A stretch of DNA of 64,000 nucleotides from Eubacteriales bacterium. GTDB taxonomy: Bacteria > Bacillota > Clostridia > Oscillospirales > Oscillospiraceae. The notes under the pieces are model-generated. The model had not been told where the DNA came from and did not search any database. It saw nothing but the letters and a program-made list of their open reading frames with translations. The stretch spans positions 13,639 through 77,638 of the forward strand of contig JAUMWI010000002.1 in assembly GCA_030529725.1 (NCBI GenBank), given 5' to 3'. The translations under genes were made by a program, and so were the position numbers. Of the stretch, positions 8,825-17,619 are shown piece by piece (positions within the stretch are counted from its first letter, which is position 1; each line of letters starts with the position of its first letter).

Positions 8825-10309
8825 TTATTTGTGGTAAAGCTTCTTTACTTCGTACTTCGGCTCACAGGTAACATGGATGCCGAGACGTTTATAAAGCTTG
8901 ATATCTTCCTCCGAAATAATAACGGAGAAGTGTGCGTCGCTGCCGCGCAGAGTGCTGAGCTGCTGCTGCGCGAGGTCGGCAAGCGGATTCGTCAGTGCGG
9001 AAATCGTCAGTGCAAGCAGCACCTCGTCGGTGTGCAGGCGCGGATTGTGGTGGCCGAGATAGGTGGTCTTGAGGTGGCAGACCGGCTCAAGCACCTGCTG
9101 GGAGATCAGCTCAAACTGGTCGCGGATCCCGCCAAGCGACTTGAGCGCATTGAGCAGCAGCGCGGACGCGGCGCCGAGCGTGCTGGAGGTCTTGCCGGTG
9201 ACGAGTGTACCGTCCGGAAGAACCATTGCGCCGGCAGGGGCACCGGTGGCTTCCGCTTTGACAAGCGCTGCGCTGACGGCGGGGCAGATATCCGGAGTGA
9301 CACCTGCCTGCTGCATCACAAGCTCGAGTTTGCGAAGCTGCTCGTCATCAGCCTCGCCCCGAACATGCTGCACAAGACCGGTGTAGTAACGGCGCAGGAT
9401 CTCCATACAGGAGGCTTCGCGACAGGCGTCGTCATCGACAATGCAGTTGCCCGCCATGTTTACGCCCATGTCGGTGGGGGACTGGTAGGGGCAGGTGCCG
9501 TAAATCCGCTCAAACATGGCGTGCAGCACGGGGAAGATCTCCACATCGCGGTTGTAGTTGACGGTGGTCTCACCGTAGGCCTCCAGATGGAACGGATCGA
9601 TCATATTGACGTCGTTGAGGTCGGCGGTCGCGGCCTCGTAGGCGAGGTTTACGGGGTGCTTGAGCGGCAGATTCCAGATAGGGAAGGTCTCAAACTTAGC
9701 ATAGCCGGCGGCAATGCCGTGCTTGTGCTCGTGATAGAGCTGGCTGAGACAGGTTGCCATCTTACCGCTGCCGGGTCCGGGTGCGGTGACGACGATGAGA
9801 GAGTGGGAGGTCTCGATATAGTCGTTTTTGCCAAAGCCCTCGTCGCTGACAATGTGGGCAACATCGGAGGGGTAGCCTGCGATGGGGTAGTGGCGGTAAT
9901 TCTTTACGCCGAGCTTGTCCAGACGCTTGATAAATGCATCGGCAGCGGGTTGTGCCGCATACTGCGTGATCACGATGCTGCCGACAAAAAGACCGAGCGC
10001 ATGGAAGGAGTCCATCAGGCGCAGGCAGTCATCATCGTAGGTGATGCCGAGGTCGCCGCGGACCTTGTTTTTCTCAATGTCATTGGCGTTGACTGCGATG
10101 ACGATCTCCACATCGTTTTTGAGCTGCTGCAGCATACGGATCTTGCTGTCAGGCTGGAAGCCGGGCAGCACGCGGGAGGCATGGTAATCATCGAACAGCT
10201 TGCCGCCAAACTCAAGATACAGCTTGCCGCCGAACTGGGCGATTCTCTCGCGGATGTGCGCAGACTGCATTGCCAAGTACTTATCATTATCAAATCCAAT
10301 TTTTGCCAT
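8825..10309 (-). CDS. DUF1846 (UPF0371) family protein
   Basis: Start MAKIGFDNDKYLAMQSAHIRERI follows a GAGG RBS. This is the typical UPF0371 N-terminus. 494 aa. Confidence 0.8.
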   Translation of the reverse strand: MAKIGFDNDKYLAMQSAHIRERIAQFGGKLYLEFGGKLFDDYHASRVLPGFQPDSKIRMLQQLKNDVEIVIAVNANDIEKNKVRGDLGITYDDDCLRLMDSFHALGLFVGSIVITQYAAQPAADAFIKRLDKLGVKNYRHYPIAGYPSDVAHIVSDEGFGKNDYIETSHSLIVVTAPGPGSGKMATCLSQLYHEHKHGIAAGYAKFETFPIWNLPLKHPVNLAYEAATADLNDVNMIDPFHLEAYGETTVNYNRDVEIFPVLHAMFERIYGTCPYQSPTDMGVNMAGNCIVDDDACREASCMEILRRYYTGLVQHVRGEADDEQLRKLELVMQQAGVTPDICPAVSAALVKAEATGAPAGAMVLPDGTLVTGKTSSTLGAASALLLNALKSLGGIRDQFELISQQVLEPVCHLKTTYLGHHNPRLHTDEVLLALTISALTNPLADLAQQQLSTLRGSDAHFSVIISEEDIKLYKRLGIHVTCEPKYEVKKLYHK

Positions 10310-10348
10310 CACAGAAAACACCTCTTTCTCAAAATAAAATACCTGCAC

Positions 10349-10377
10349 ATTATACAGAAACGAGGTGCGCTTGGCAA
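10349..10377 (-). promoter_or_regulatory. sigma-A-type promoter for the DUF1846 gene
   Basis: Minus strand TTGCCA-17 nt-TATAAT. Confidence 0.55.
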
Positions 10378-10562
10378 GAAAGCACGGCGAAGAAAAGTAA
10401 CCGAAAATTTAGATGAAATTTCTGCTATTTTTCCTCTTTACTTTTGCTTTTTGATGTCGTATGCTGTAAATAGCCTCCCTCTTTTGAGGGAGGCTATTTT
10501 TGCGTTTGAAGCAGAGGCGCTGTTCCCACGTAGAACTCAGCATCCTACGGCGCTCTGAACAC

Positions 10563-12095
10563 TTATTCCCACTCGACCGTGGCGGGAGGTTTACTTGTAA
10601 TATCGTAGCAGATGCGGTTGATGTGTTTCACCTCGCCGACAATGCGGCGGGAAACGGTATCGAGCAGGTCATAGGGCAGGCGCGACCAGTCGGCGGTCAT
10701 AAAGTCCTGCGTTTCCACTGCGCGCAGCGCAAGTGTGTAATCATAGGTGCGGTCATCACCCATCACGCCCACGGAGCGCAGATCGGTCAGCACGGCAAAG
10801 TACTGGTTGACGCTGCGGTCAAGGCCTGCTTTCGCAATTTCCTCGCGGAAAATGGCGTCTGCATCACGCAGAACGGCAAGTTTTTCTTCGGTGATCTCAC
10901 CGATTACGCGGATGGCAAGTCCGGGACCGGGGAAAGGCTGACGCCAGACCAGCGCTTCGGGAAGACCAAGCTCCATACCGAGCTGGCGCACCTCGTCCTT
11001 GAACAGGCGGCGAAGCGGCTCGATGATCTCTTTAAAGTCGACGCAATCGGGAAGACCGCCGACGTTGTGGTGACTCTTGATGACGTTGCTCTTGCCGCCC
11101 ATGCCGGACTCGACCACATCGGGGTAGATCGTGCCCTGGGCAAGAAAATCGACTTTGCCGATCTTTTTCGCTTCCGCTTCAAAGACGCGGATAAACTCCT
11201 CACCGATGATTCTGCGCTTGCGCTCCGGCTCGGTGACTCCGAAAAGCTTGGACAAAAAGCGCTCGTGTGCGTCCACGCGGATAATGTTCATGCCAAGCGT
11301 ATCCTTCATGGCACGCTCGACCTCGTCGCCCTCATTCTTGCGTAGAAGACCGTGATCGACAAAAATGCAGGTGAGCTGATCGCCTACGGCGCGATACAGC
11401 AGTGCTGCAGCCACCGCACTGTCCACGCCGCCGGAGAGAGCCAGCAGGACGCTGCCGCTGCCTATTTTGGCGCGGCACTCAGTGATCGCATCGCTTGCAT
11501 AATTTGCCATCGTCCACTCGTTTCCGAGACCGCAGATACGATAGAGGAAGTTCTTAAGAATCTTGGTGCCGTGAATCGTGTGGAGCACCTCGGGGTGAAA
11601 TTGTACGCCGTAGAGTTTGCGCTCCCTGTTTTCGATCGCGGCAAAGGCACAGTTTGCAGTGTGCGCGATCGCGCAGAAGCCGGGGGCTATTGTTTCCACC
11701 TCAACACCGTGGCTCATCCAGTAAACGGAGGTCGGCTCAATGCCGTAAAACAGTTCGCTTTCACCGCTATGCGTCAGCTCGACCTTGCCATACTCGCGCA
11801 CTTCGGCTCTTCGGCAGCTGCCGCCGAGCTCCTGGATCATCAGCTGCTGACCGTAGCAGATGCCGAGAATCGGAAGTCCCAACTCAAAAATTTCAGGATC
11901 AAGCCGCGGTGCGTCCGCCTCAAATACGGTTGCCGGGCCGCCGGTAAAGATGATGGCAGCCGGATCAAATGCGCGGATGTCCGCCATACTCATGCTGTAC
12001 GGCTTGATTTCGCAGTAGACGCCGCACTCACGCACGCGGCGTGCGACCAGCAGATTGTACTGTCCGCCGAAGTCAAGAACCAGAACCTTCTTCAT
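10563..12095 (-). CDS. guaA: GMP synthase (glutamine-hydrolysing)
   Basis: 510 aa with a GATase domain (GICYGQQ), the ATP-PPase SGGVDS motif and the conserved C-terminal KPPATVEWE. Confidence 0.97.
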   Translation of the reverse strand: MKKVLVLDFGGQYNLLVARRVRECGVYCEIKPYSMSMADIRAFDPAAIIFTGGPATVFEADAPRLDPEIFELGLPILGICYGQQLMIQELGGSCRRAEVREYGKVELTHSGESELFYGIEPTSVYWMSHGVEVETIAPGFCAIAHTANCAFAAIENRERKLYGVQFHPEVLHTIHGTKILKNFLYRICGLGNEWTMANYASDAITECRAKIGSGSVLLALSGGVDSAVAAALLYRAVGDQLTCIFVDHGLLRKNEGDEVERAMKDTLGMNIIRVDAHERFLSKLFGVTEPERKRRIIGEEFIRVFEAEAKKIGKVDFLAQGTIYPDVVESGMGGKSNVIKSHHNVGGLPDCVDFKEIIEPLRRLFKDEVRQLGMELGLPEALVWRQPFPGPGLAIRVIGEITEEKLAVLRDADAIFREEIAKAGLDRSVNQYFAVLTDLRSVGVMGDDRTYDYTLALRAVETQDFMTADWSRLPYDLLDTVSRRIVGEVKHINRICYDITSKPPATVEWE

Positions 12096-12674
12096 TTAGT
12101 CGTCCTCCCGGAAGAAAATGCCGTTTTCATCGGCGCGTTCAATGATGGCGAGAGCCTTATACGAAATATCGGACTCACGCAGTGCATCGCCGCCGCCCTG
12201 AAAGCCTTTTTCCACCGCTACGCCAATACCTTCAAGCGTTGCGCCGGCAGCGTGGACGAGATCAATCAGTCCCTGCATGGCATTGCCCTTGGCCATGAAA
12301 TCGTCGATAATGAGAACGTGATCATCGGCATGGAGCCACTCGTGGGAAACGATCATGGTAAATTTTTTCTTATAAGTATAAGAAAAAACCTCGCTCTGGT
12401 ACAGTCCGCCTTCGATGTTGTCGCTTTTTGCCTTCTTGGCAAAGAGCATCGGAACACCGTATTTATTGGCACAGACTGTGGCCAGAGCGATTCCGCTCGC
12501 TTCTGCAGTTAAGACCATGGTGATTTTGCTGATGTCGAAGTACTTTGCAAATTCATCGGCAAGTGCTTCGAGCAGTTTGGTATCGACACGGTGATTGAGA
12601 AAGCCGTCAACTTTGATGATATTGCCGGGGAGTACCTTGCCTTCGCGGCGGATGCGATCCTGAAGCAGCTGCAT
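12096..12674 (-). CDS. xpt: xanthine phosphoribosyltransferase
   Basis: Start MQLLQDRIRREGKVLPGNIIKVDGFLNH follows an AAGGAGG RBS. PRTase motif VLIIDDFMAKG. Its stop abuts the guaA start. Confidence 0.9.
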   Translation of the reverse strand: MQLLQDRIRREGKVLPGNIIKVDGFLNHRVDTKLLEALADEFAKYFDISKITMVLTAEASGIALATVCANKYGVPMLFAKKAKSDNIEGGLYQSEVFSYTYKKKFTMIVSHEWLHADDHVLIIDDFMAKGNAMQGLIDLVHAAGATLEGIGVAVEKGFQGGGDALRESDISYKALAIIERADENGIFFREDD

Positions 12675-12700
12675 GGGATGTTCCTCCTTGTTTGTATTGA

Positions 12701-12734
12701 CAAATATTATGAGAAATATTTGTGCAAATTGCAA
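12701..12734 (-). promoter_or_regulatory. candidate xpt-guaA promoter with an overlapping 8-6-8 inverted repeat (operator candidate)
   Basis: Minus strand TTGCAA-17 nt-CATAAT. The perfect inverted repeat CAAATATT-N6-AATATTTG (12701..12722) covers the -10 box. Confidence 0.4.
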
Positions 12735-12897
12735 TGGGACGGATAGACAAGAATCCCCAAAAAAACATGCCGTTTCGGGTTAAAACGACAAGAAAAACGG
12801 CAGAAAACGGAAAAACGATTCATAAATTTGCGGTAGTTGAATTGTGTTGCCTGTTGTGATACAGTATAAAAAGTGACAAGCGGAAAAGAGGAATGAA

Positions 12898-13587
12898 ATG
12901 AAAATCCACGGCCTTCAAAAAATGACGCTTTTGGATTATCCGGGAAAGGTTGCCTGCACGGTGTTTCTGGGCGGGTGTGATTTTCGCTGCCCGTTTTGCC
13001 ATAATTCCGAGATCCTTGATATGGGCGCTCCGGCGGAAATGGACGATGTATCGGTGCTTGCGTTTTTGGAAAAGCGCAAAGGACTTCTTGACGGCGTGGC
13101 CATTACCGGAGGAGAACCGCTGCTGCGGAGCGACATTTTTGAGTTCCTCTCCAAGATTCGCGCTCTCGGGTATCCGGTCAAGCTCGATACGAACGGCAAT
13201 CACCCGAAGAAGCTAAAGGAGCTTGTCAAAGCCGGACTTGTTGAGTATGTTGCCATGGATGTGAAAAACAGTCCTGTGCGCTATGCGGAAACGGTGGGGC
13301 TTCCTTCGTTTGATATGACGGGGATTCGGGAGAGCATCGACTTCCTGCTTGACGGTGCGGTGGACTATGAGTTTCGCACGACGGTGGTGCAGGAGCTGCA
13401 CGATGAGCAGTCGTTTGAGGAGATCGGAAAGCTGATTCGCGGTGCGAAGCGGTATTTTTTGCAAAGCTTTACAGACCGCGACACCGTTCTTTTTGCCGGA
13501 CTTCACGCACCAAGCGAGGAAAACCTGCAGCATTATGCAGAGATTATGACCCAATATGTAGAGAGCGTTGAGATCCGCGGCGTTTAA
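12898..13587 (+). CDS. nrdG: anaerobic ribonucleoside-triphosphate reductase activating protein (radical SAM)
   Basis: 229 aa. LLDYPGKVACTVFLGGCDFRCPFCHN is the CxxxCxxC radical SAM cluster motif. Confidence 0.9.
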   Translation: MKIHGLQKMTLLDYPGKVACTVFLGGCDFRCPFCHNSEILDMGAPAEMDDVSVLAFLEKRKGLLDGVAITGGEPLLRSDIFEFLSKIRALGYPVKLDTNGNHPKKLKELVKAGLVEYVAMDVKNSPVRYAETVGLPSFDMTGIRESIDFLLDGAVDYEFRTTVVQELHDEQSFEEIGKLIRGAKRYFLQSFTDRDTVLFAGLHAPSEENLQHYAEIMTQYVESVEIRGV

Positions 13588-13636
13588 GAAAATTTTGGCA
13601 GAGATGACGAAAATCATCTCTGCCATTTTACTTTTC

Positions 13637-13684
13637 CTACAATATCTTGTTAACTCTCAGAAAAAGCTTCACAATATATTGACG
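13637..13684 (+). promoter_or_regulatory. tandem NrdR-box candidates
   Basis: CTACAATATCTTGTTA (11/16) and TCACAATATATTGACG (12/16) against the recalled consensus acaCwAtATaTwGtgt. Their centres are 32 bp apart. The second box overlaps the -35 element. Confidence 0.5.
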
Positions 13685-13707
13685 GCGGGCGAGAAACATT
13701 ATATAAT
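13679..13707 (+). promoter_or_regulatory. sigma-A-type promoter of nrdD
   Basis: TTGACG-17 nt-TATAAT. Confidence 0.65.
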
Positions 13708-13745
13708 CCAGCTTGATCTGATAATAACAAATGAAATGTGATTAT

Positions 13746-13761
13746 ATACAATATATAGAAG
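13746..13761 (+). promoter_or_regulatory. third NrdR-box candidate in the nrdD leader
   Basis: ATACAATATATAGAAG matches 12/16 of the consensus. It lies between the -10 box and the RBS. Confidence 0.4.
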
Positions 13762-13781
13762 GATAAAAGGAGAAAGCTGCC

Positions 13782-16151
13782 ATGTATCAGGTGACAAAAC
13801 GAGATGGAAAAGTAGTCGAGTTTAACATTGAAAAGATCAATGCCGCAATTACTAAGGCATTTGAGGCAACGGGGACAAACTATACGCCCGGCGTTGTCAA
13901 CTTCCTCTCGGTGATGGTCACGGCAGATTTCCAGGAAAAAATTCATAATGACCTCATCACCGTGGAAGATGTGCAGGACAGCGTGGAAGCCGTGCTCAGC
14001 CGCAGCGGCTATGAGGGTGTCGCCAAGGCGTATATTCTCTACCGTAAGCAGCGCGAGAAAATCCGCAACGTCAACTCTGCGCTTTTGAACTACAAGGATC
14101 TGGTGGACAACTATCTGCAGATCAACGACTGGCGCGTGAAGGAGAACTCTACCGTCACCTACTCCGTCGGCGGTCTGATCCTCTCCAACTCCGGCGCCAT
14201 TACGGCGAACTACTGGCTCAGCGAGATCTACGACCACGAGATCGCTGAAGCGCACCGCTCTGCTGCGATCCACATTCACGATCTGTCCATGCTGACCGGT
14301 TATTGCGCCGGCTGGAGCCTCAAGCAGCTCATCCGCGAGGGACTCGGCGGCGTGCCCGGAAAGATCACATCTTCTCCGGCGAGCCATCTCTCTACGCTCT
14401 GCAACCAGATGGTCAACTTCCTCGGCATTATGCAGAACGAGTGGGCCGGCGCACAGGCATTCAGCTCCTTCGACACATACCTTGCACCCTTTGTCAAGGT
14501 GGACAATCTCACGCAGAAGGAAGTCAAGCAGTGCATTCAGTCCTTCATTTACGGCGTCAACACGCCGTCCCGTTGGGGCACACAGGCACCGTTTTCCAAC
14601 ATTACGCTGGATTGGACCTGCCCGAGAGACTTGGAAAATGTTCCTGCCATCGTCGGCGGTAAGGATATGGATTTCACCTACGGCGACTGCAAGAAGGAAA
14701 TGGAAATGGTCAACCGTGCGTTTATTGAGATCATGATCGAGGGCGATGCCAACGGCCGCGGCTTCCAGTATCCGATCCCGACCTATTCCATCACGCGCGA
14801 TTTTGACTGGAGCGAAACGGAGAACAACAAGCTCCTCTTTGAAATGACCGCCAAGTACGGCACGCCGTATTTCTCCAACTATATTAACTCCGACATGGAG
14901 CCGAATGATGTGCGCTCGATGTGCTGTCGCTTGCGCCTCGATCTTCGTGAGCTGCGCAAGAAGTCCGGAGGCTTCTTCGGCAGCGGCGAATCCACCGGCT
15001 CTGTCGGCGTGGTCACCATCAATTTACCGCGCATCGCCTACCTCGCCAAGGACGAGAAGGACTTCTATGAGCAGCTCGATAAGCTGATGGACATTTCCGC
15101 CCGCTCCCTCAAGACCAAACGCACGGTCATTACCAAGCTGCTTGACGCGGGTCTCTATCCCTATACCAAGCGCTATCTCGGTACCTTTGACAACCACTTC
15201 TCCACGATCGGACTGATCGGCATGAACGAAGTTGGCTTAAACGCCAAGTGGCTGCGCAAGGATCTTACCCATGCCGAGACGCAGCAGTTTGCCAAGGACG
15301 TCCTCAACCATATGCGCGAGCGTCTTTCCGATTATCAGGAGAAGTACGGTGACCTCTACAACCTCGAGGCAACACCGGCGGAGTCCACGACCTACCGTTT
15401 TGCCAAGCACGACAAGGAAACTTACCGTGACATCATCACCGCCAATGAAAACGGCACTCCTTACTATACCAACTCCAGCCATCTGCCCGTCGGCTTTACG
15501 GAGGACATCTTCTCTGCACTCGACGTGCAGGACGAGCTGCAGACACTCTACACCTCCGGCACAGTCTTCCACGCCTTCCTCGGCGAGAAGCTGCCTGACT
15601 GGAAGGCGGCGGCGAATCTCGTGCGTAAGATCGCCGAGAATTACAAGCTCCCGTACTACACGATGAGTCCTACCTATTCCGTGTGCAAGAACCACGGCTA
15701 TCTCGCCGGTGAGCAGTTCGTCTGCCCTGTGTGCGGTGAAAAGACGGAGGTTTACTCCCGTATCACAGGTTATTACCGCCCGGTGCAGAACTGGAACGAC
15801 GGCAAGAGCCAGGAGTTCAAGGATCGCAAGACCTATGACATCGGCGTGTCCAAACTCACGCATGTTGGTCCGCTGAATGTGGAGGCACCGAAGGAGGAGA
15901 CTGTTGTCGCCTCCGAGGGTGAAAAGCTTCTGCTCTTTGCCACGCACACCTGCCCGAACTGCGCACAGGCAACGCAGATGCTTGACGAAGCAGGCATCTC
16001 GTATGAAAAAATCTATGCCGAAGAGAATCGCGACCTTGCCAGAAAGTACGGCATCATGCAGGCACCTACGCTGGTGTCCGATGATGGCAGCAAGGTGAGC
16101 AAGTTCCGCGGCGTCGGTGAAGTCCGCGCGTTTGTCGAACAGAACAAGTAA
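13782..16151 (+). CDS. nrdD: anaerobic (class III) ribonucleoside-triphosphate reductase with a C-terminal thioredoxin-fold CxxC domain
   Basis: 789 aa with an N-terminal ATP-cone, the SMCCRLRLD active-site loop, the CPVCGEK Zn site and the glycyl-radical motif RITGYYRPV. An extra ~95 aa carries LLLFATHTCPNCAQ...GIMQAPTLV. Confidence 0.93.
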   Translation: MYQVTKRDGKVVEFNIEKINAAITKAFEATGTNYTPGVVNFLSVMVTADFQEKIHNDLITVEDVQDSVEAVLSRSGYEGVAKAYILYRKQREKIRNVNSALLNYKDLVDNYLQINDWRVKENSTVTYSVGGLILSNSGAITANYWLSEIYDHEIAEAHRSAAIHIHDLSMLTGYCAGWSLKQLIREGLGGVPGKITSSPASHLSTLCNQMVNFLGIMQNEWAGAQAFSSFDTYLAPFVKVDNLTQKEVKQCIQSFIYGVNTPSRWGTQAPFSNITLDWTCPRDLENVPAIVGGKDMDFTYGDCKKEMEMVNRAFIEIMIEGDANGRGFQYPIPTYSITRDFDWSETENNKLLFEMTAKYGTPYFSNYINSDMEPNDVRSMCCRLRLDLRELRKKSGGFFGSGESTGSVGVVTINLPRIAYLAKDEKDFYEQLDKLMDISARSLKTKRTVITKLLDAGLYPYTKRYLGTFDNHFSTIGLIGMNEVGLNAKWLRKDLTHAETQQFAKDVLNHMRERLSDYQEKYGDLYNLEATPAESTTYRFAKHDKETYRDIITANENGTPYYTNSSHLPVGFTEDIFSALDVQDELQTLYTSGTVFHAFLGEKLPDWKAAANLVRKIAENYKLPYYTMSPTYSVCKNHGYLAGEQFVCPVCGEKTEVYSRITGYYRPVQNWNDGKSQEFKDRKTYDIGVSKLTHVGPLNVEAPKEETVVASEGEKLLLFATHTCPNCAQATQMLDEAGISYEKIYAEENRDLARKYGIMQAPTLVSDDGSKVSKFRGVGEVRAFVEQNK

Positions 16152-16157
16152 AGATGC

Positions 16158-16197
16158 AAAAAACGCTCTGCCGCTTCATGACGGCAGAGCGTTTTTT
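16158..16197 (+). terminator. intrinsic terminator after nrdD
   Basis: 14-bp stem AAAACGCTCTGCCG / CGGCAGAGCGTTTT plus a T-run. Confidence 0.8.
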
Positions 16198-16245
16198 ACC
16201 GAAGGACTTTGCATTTCGACAGGCGGAGAATGTGCGCAGAAGAGC

Positions 16246-17142
16246 TCAGCCTTTCTTGCTGTCGATGGAACGGATTGCACCGCCGTCTTGCTTTTTCCAC
16301 CGCAGCATGGCGAGTGTGACGGTGAGCAGGAAAACGAACAGAGGCAAGCTGAGCATCTCAAATGCACGGGAAAATTCGCTGTAATTCAGCGCGTATGTTT
16401 CGAGGAATGAAGTGCGAAGGCGCTTTCCGTATAGAATGTATGCACGGATGAACGGGGCAAAGTGCAGCACGAACAGCAGCGCCCAACCGGAGATTGTGCA
16501 ATAGACCTTTTGCCTTGTCGCTACGATCAGAGTCTTTCGGTATGCACACAGTGTTAGCACGATAAGCAGCGTTATCAGCGCGAATTCCACCCATGCCAAC
16601 GCAAGACGAATATAGTTCATTCCATATGTCCAGCGAAATGTAAACAAAACATTCCGCCACGAAATGCCGGTCCCATAGCGCATATAGAACTGATAACTGA
16701 AAAAGACTGCCCAAGCGCACCAGAGCTCCACATGACTCCTCGTTGCAAAGCAGACAATGGCACAGGCGAAGAACGGAAGCGAATACAGCAGCGCAGACAT
16801 CGCTCCACCGAGAACGAACATGGCGAGCGCGACCAGTGCGCCGAAGCACAGCAAAATGACGCCGATCAGCTTCTGTGTGCTGCGGGCGGGATTTGTGTGC
16901 GGTGTCGGTCCGGTCTGGGGACCCTCTGCGTTCGGCTCCGCAGCGCGCTCTCCGCGTACCAGCGCATCGAGTGTCACGCCGAACAGCTCGCTCAACTTCA
17001 GCAGCTTGTCCAGCTCAGGGACCGAGCTATCCGTCTCCCATTTGGAGATCGATTGACGCGAGATATCCAGCGCGTCGGCAAGGTCGCCCTGTGACCAGCC
17101 CTTTTGCGTGCGCAGTCGCGTAATGTTTTCTCCGAGCGTCAT
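16246..17142 (-). CDS. XRE-family HTH protein with a C-terminal multi-pass membrane domain
   Basis: Start MTLGENITRLRTQKGWSQGDLADAL follows an AAGGAGG RBS. The HTH_3 domain is followed by ~6 hydrophobic helices. Confidence 0.8.
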   Translation of the reverse strand: MTLGENITRLRTQKGWSQGDLADALDISRQSISKWETDSSVPELDKLLKLSELFGVTLDALVRGERAAEPNAEGPQTGPTPHTNPARSTQKLIGVILLCFGALVALAMFVLGGAMSALLYSLPFFACAIVCFATRSHVELWCAWAVFFSYQFYMRYGTGISWRNVLFTFRWTYGMNYIRLALAWVEFALITLLIVLTLCAYRKTLIVATRQKVYCTISGWALLFVLHFAPFIRAYILYGKRLRTSFLETYALNYSEFSRAFEMLSLPLFVFLLTVTLAMLRWKKQDGGAIRSIDSKKG

Positions 17143-17250
17143 AAGGGGAATCCTCCTTGAGAGAAATTTGGTGCTTTCAGTATAGGGAAAATCGTGAAAA
17201 AAGTCCACCAAGCGCACTTGAAAAATCAGCAACCACTGGTTGCAGGCAAC

Positions 17251-17278
17251 AAAATAGCCGCCTTTTGGCGGCTATTTT
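17251..17278 (-). terminator. intrinsic terminator after the Dabb gene
   Basis: Stem AAAATAGCCGCC / GGCGGCTATTTT. Confidence 0.7.
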
Positions 17279-17281
17279 CGC

Positions 17282-17563
17282 TTAAAAATCATAATCTACC
17301 GCGACGCGGTCGGTACGGATCGACTTGCAAAGGCTCGATACCGCGACATGACGGGGATCGACCTTGTATGCCGCCAGATCCTCCATCGAGTCGAACTCCG
17401 ATACAAGGACAGCATCGTAGTTTCCTGCGCCGATGTTTTTGGCGACCTCACAGGACTTAAGCTGCGGAATCACGCCGAAGAGCTCCTGCAATTTTGTGAG
17501 AAATTCCTCGGCCTGTGCCTCGGTTCCTTCGCGGAATTTCCACATAACAATGTGCTTAATCAT
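17282..17563 (-). CDS. Dabb (stress-responsive alpha/beta barrel) family protein
   Basis: 93 aa. MIKHIVMWKF...AYKVDPRHV is the typical Dabb signature. Confidence 0.8.
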   Translation of the reverse strand: MIKHIVMWKFREGTEAQAEEFLTKLQELFGVIPQLKSCEVAKNIGAGNYDAVLVSEFDSMEDLAAYKVDPRHVAVSSLCKSIRTDRVAVDYDF

Positions 17564-17574
17564 CTGATACTCCT

Positions 17575-17606
17575 AAAATAAGCAGGGCTGCAGGCAGCCC
17601 TGCTTA
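17575..17606 (-). terminator. intrinsic terminator after the aminotransferase gene
   Basis: 12-bp stem TAAGCAGGGCTG / CAGCCCTGCTTA. Confidence 0.7.
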
Positions 17607-17619
17607 TAAAATGTTGTAT

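Noticed and set aside
8831-12512. Plus-strand ORFs 8831..10558 (575 aa), 10500..11345 and 11352..12512 (386 aa)
   Set aside because: They lie antisense to the DUF1846, guaA and xpt genes. They are low-complexity Ala/Gly/Val/Leu-rich and have no start-site signals.
12675-12897. Expected guanine/purine riboswitch upstream of xpt
   Set aside because: The segment TTCAACTACCGCAAATTTATGAA superficially resembles J2/3-P3. However, there is no P2, no P3 stem, no UAUGG loop and no P1 pairing. I do not call a riboswitch.
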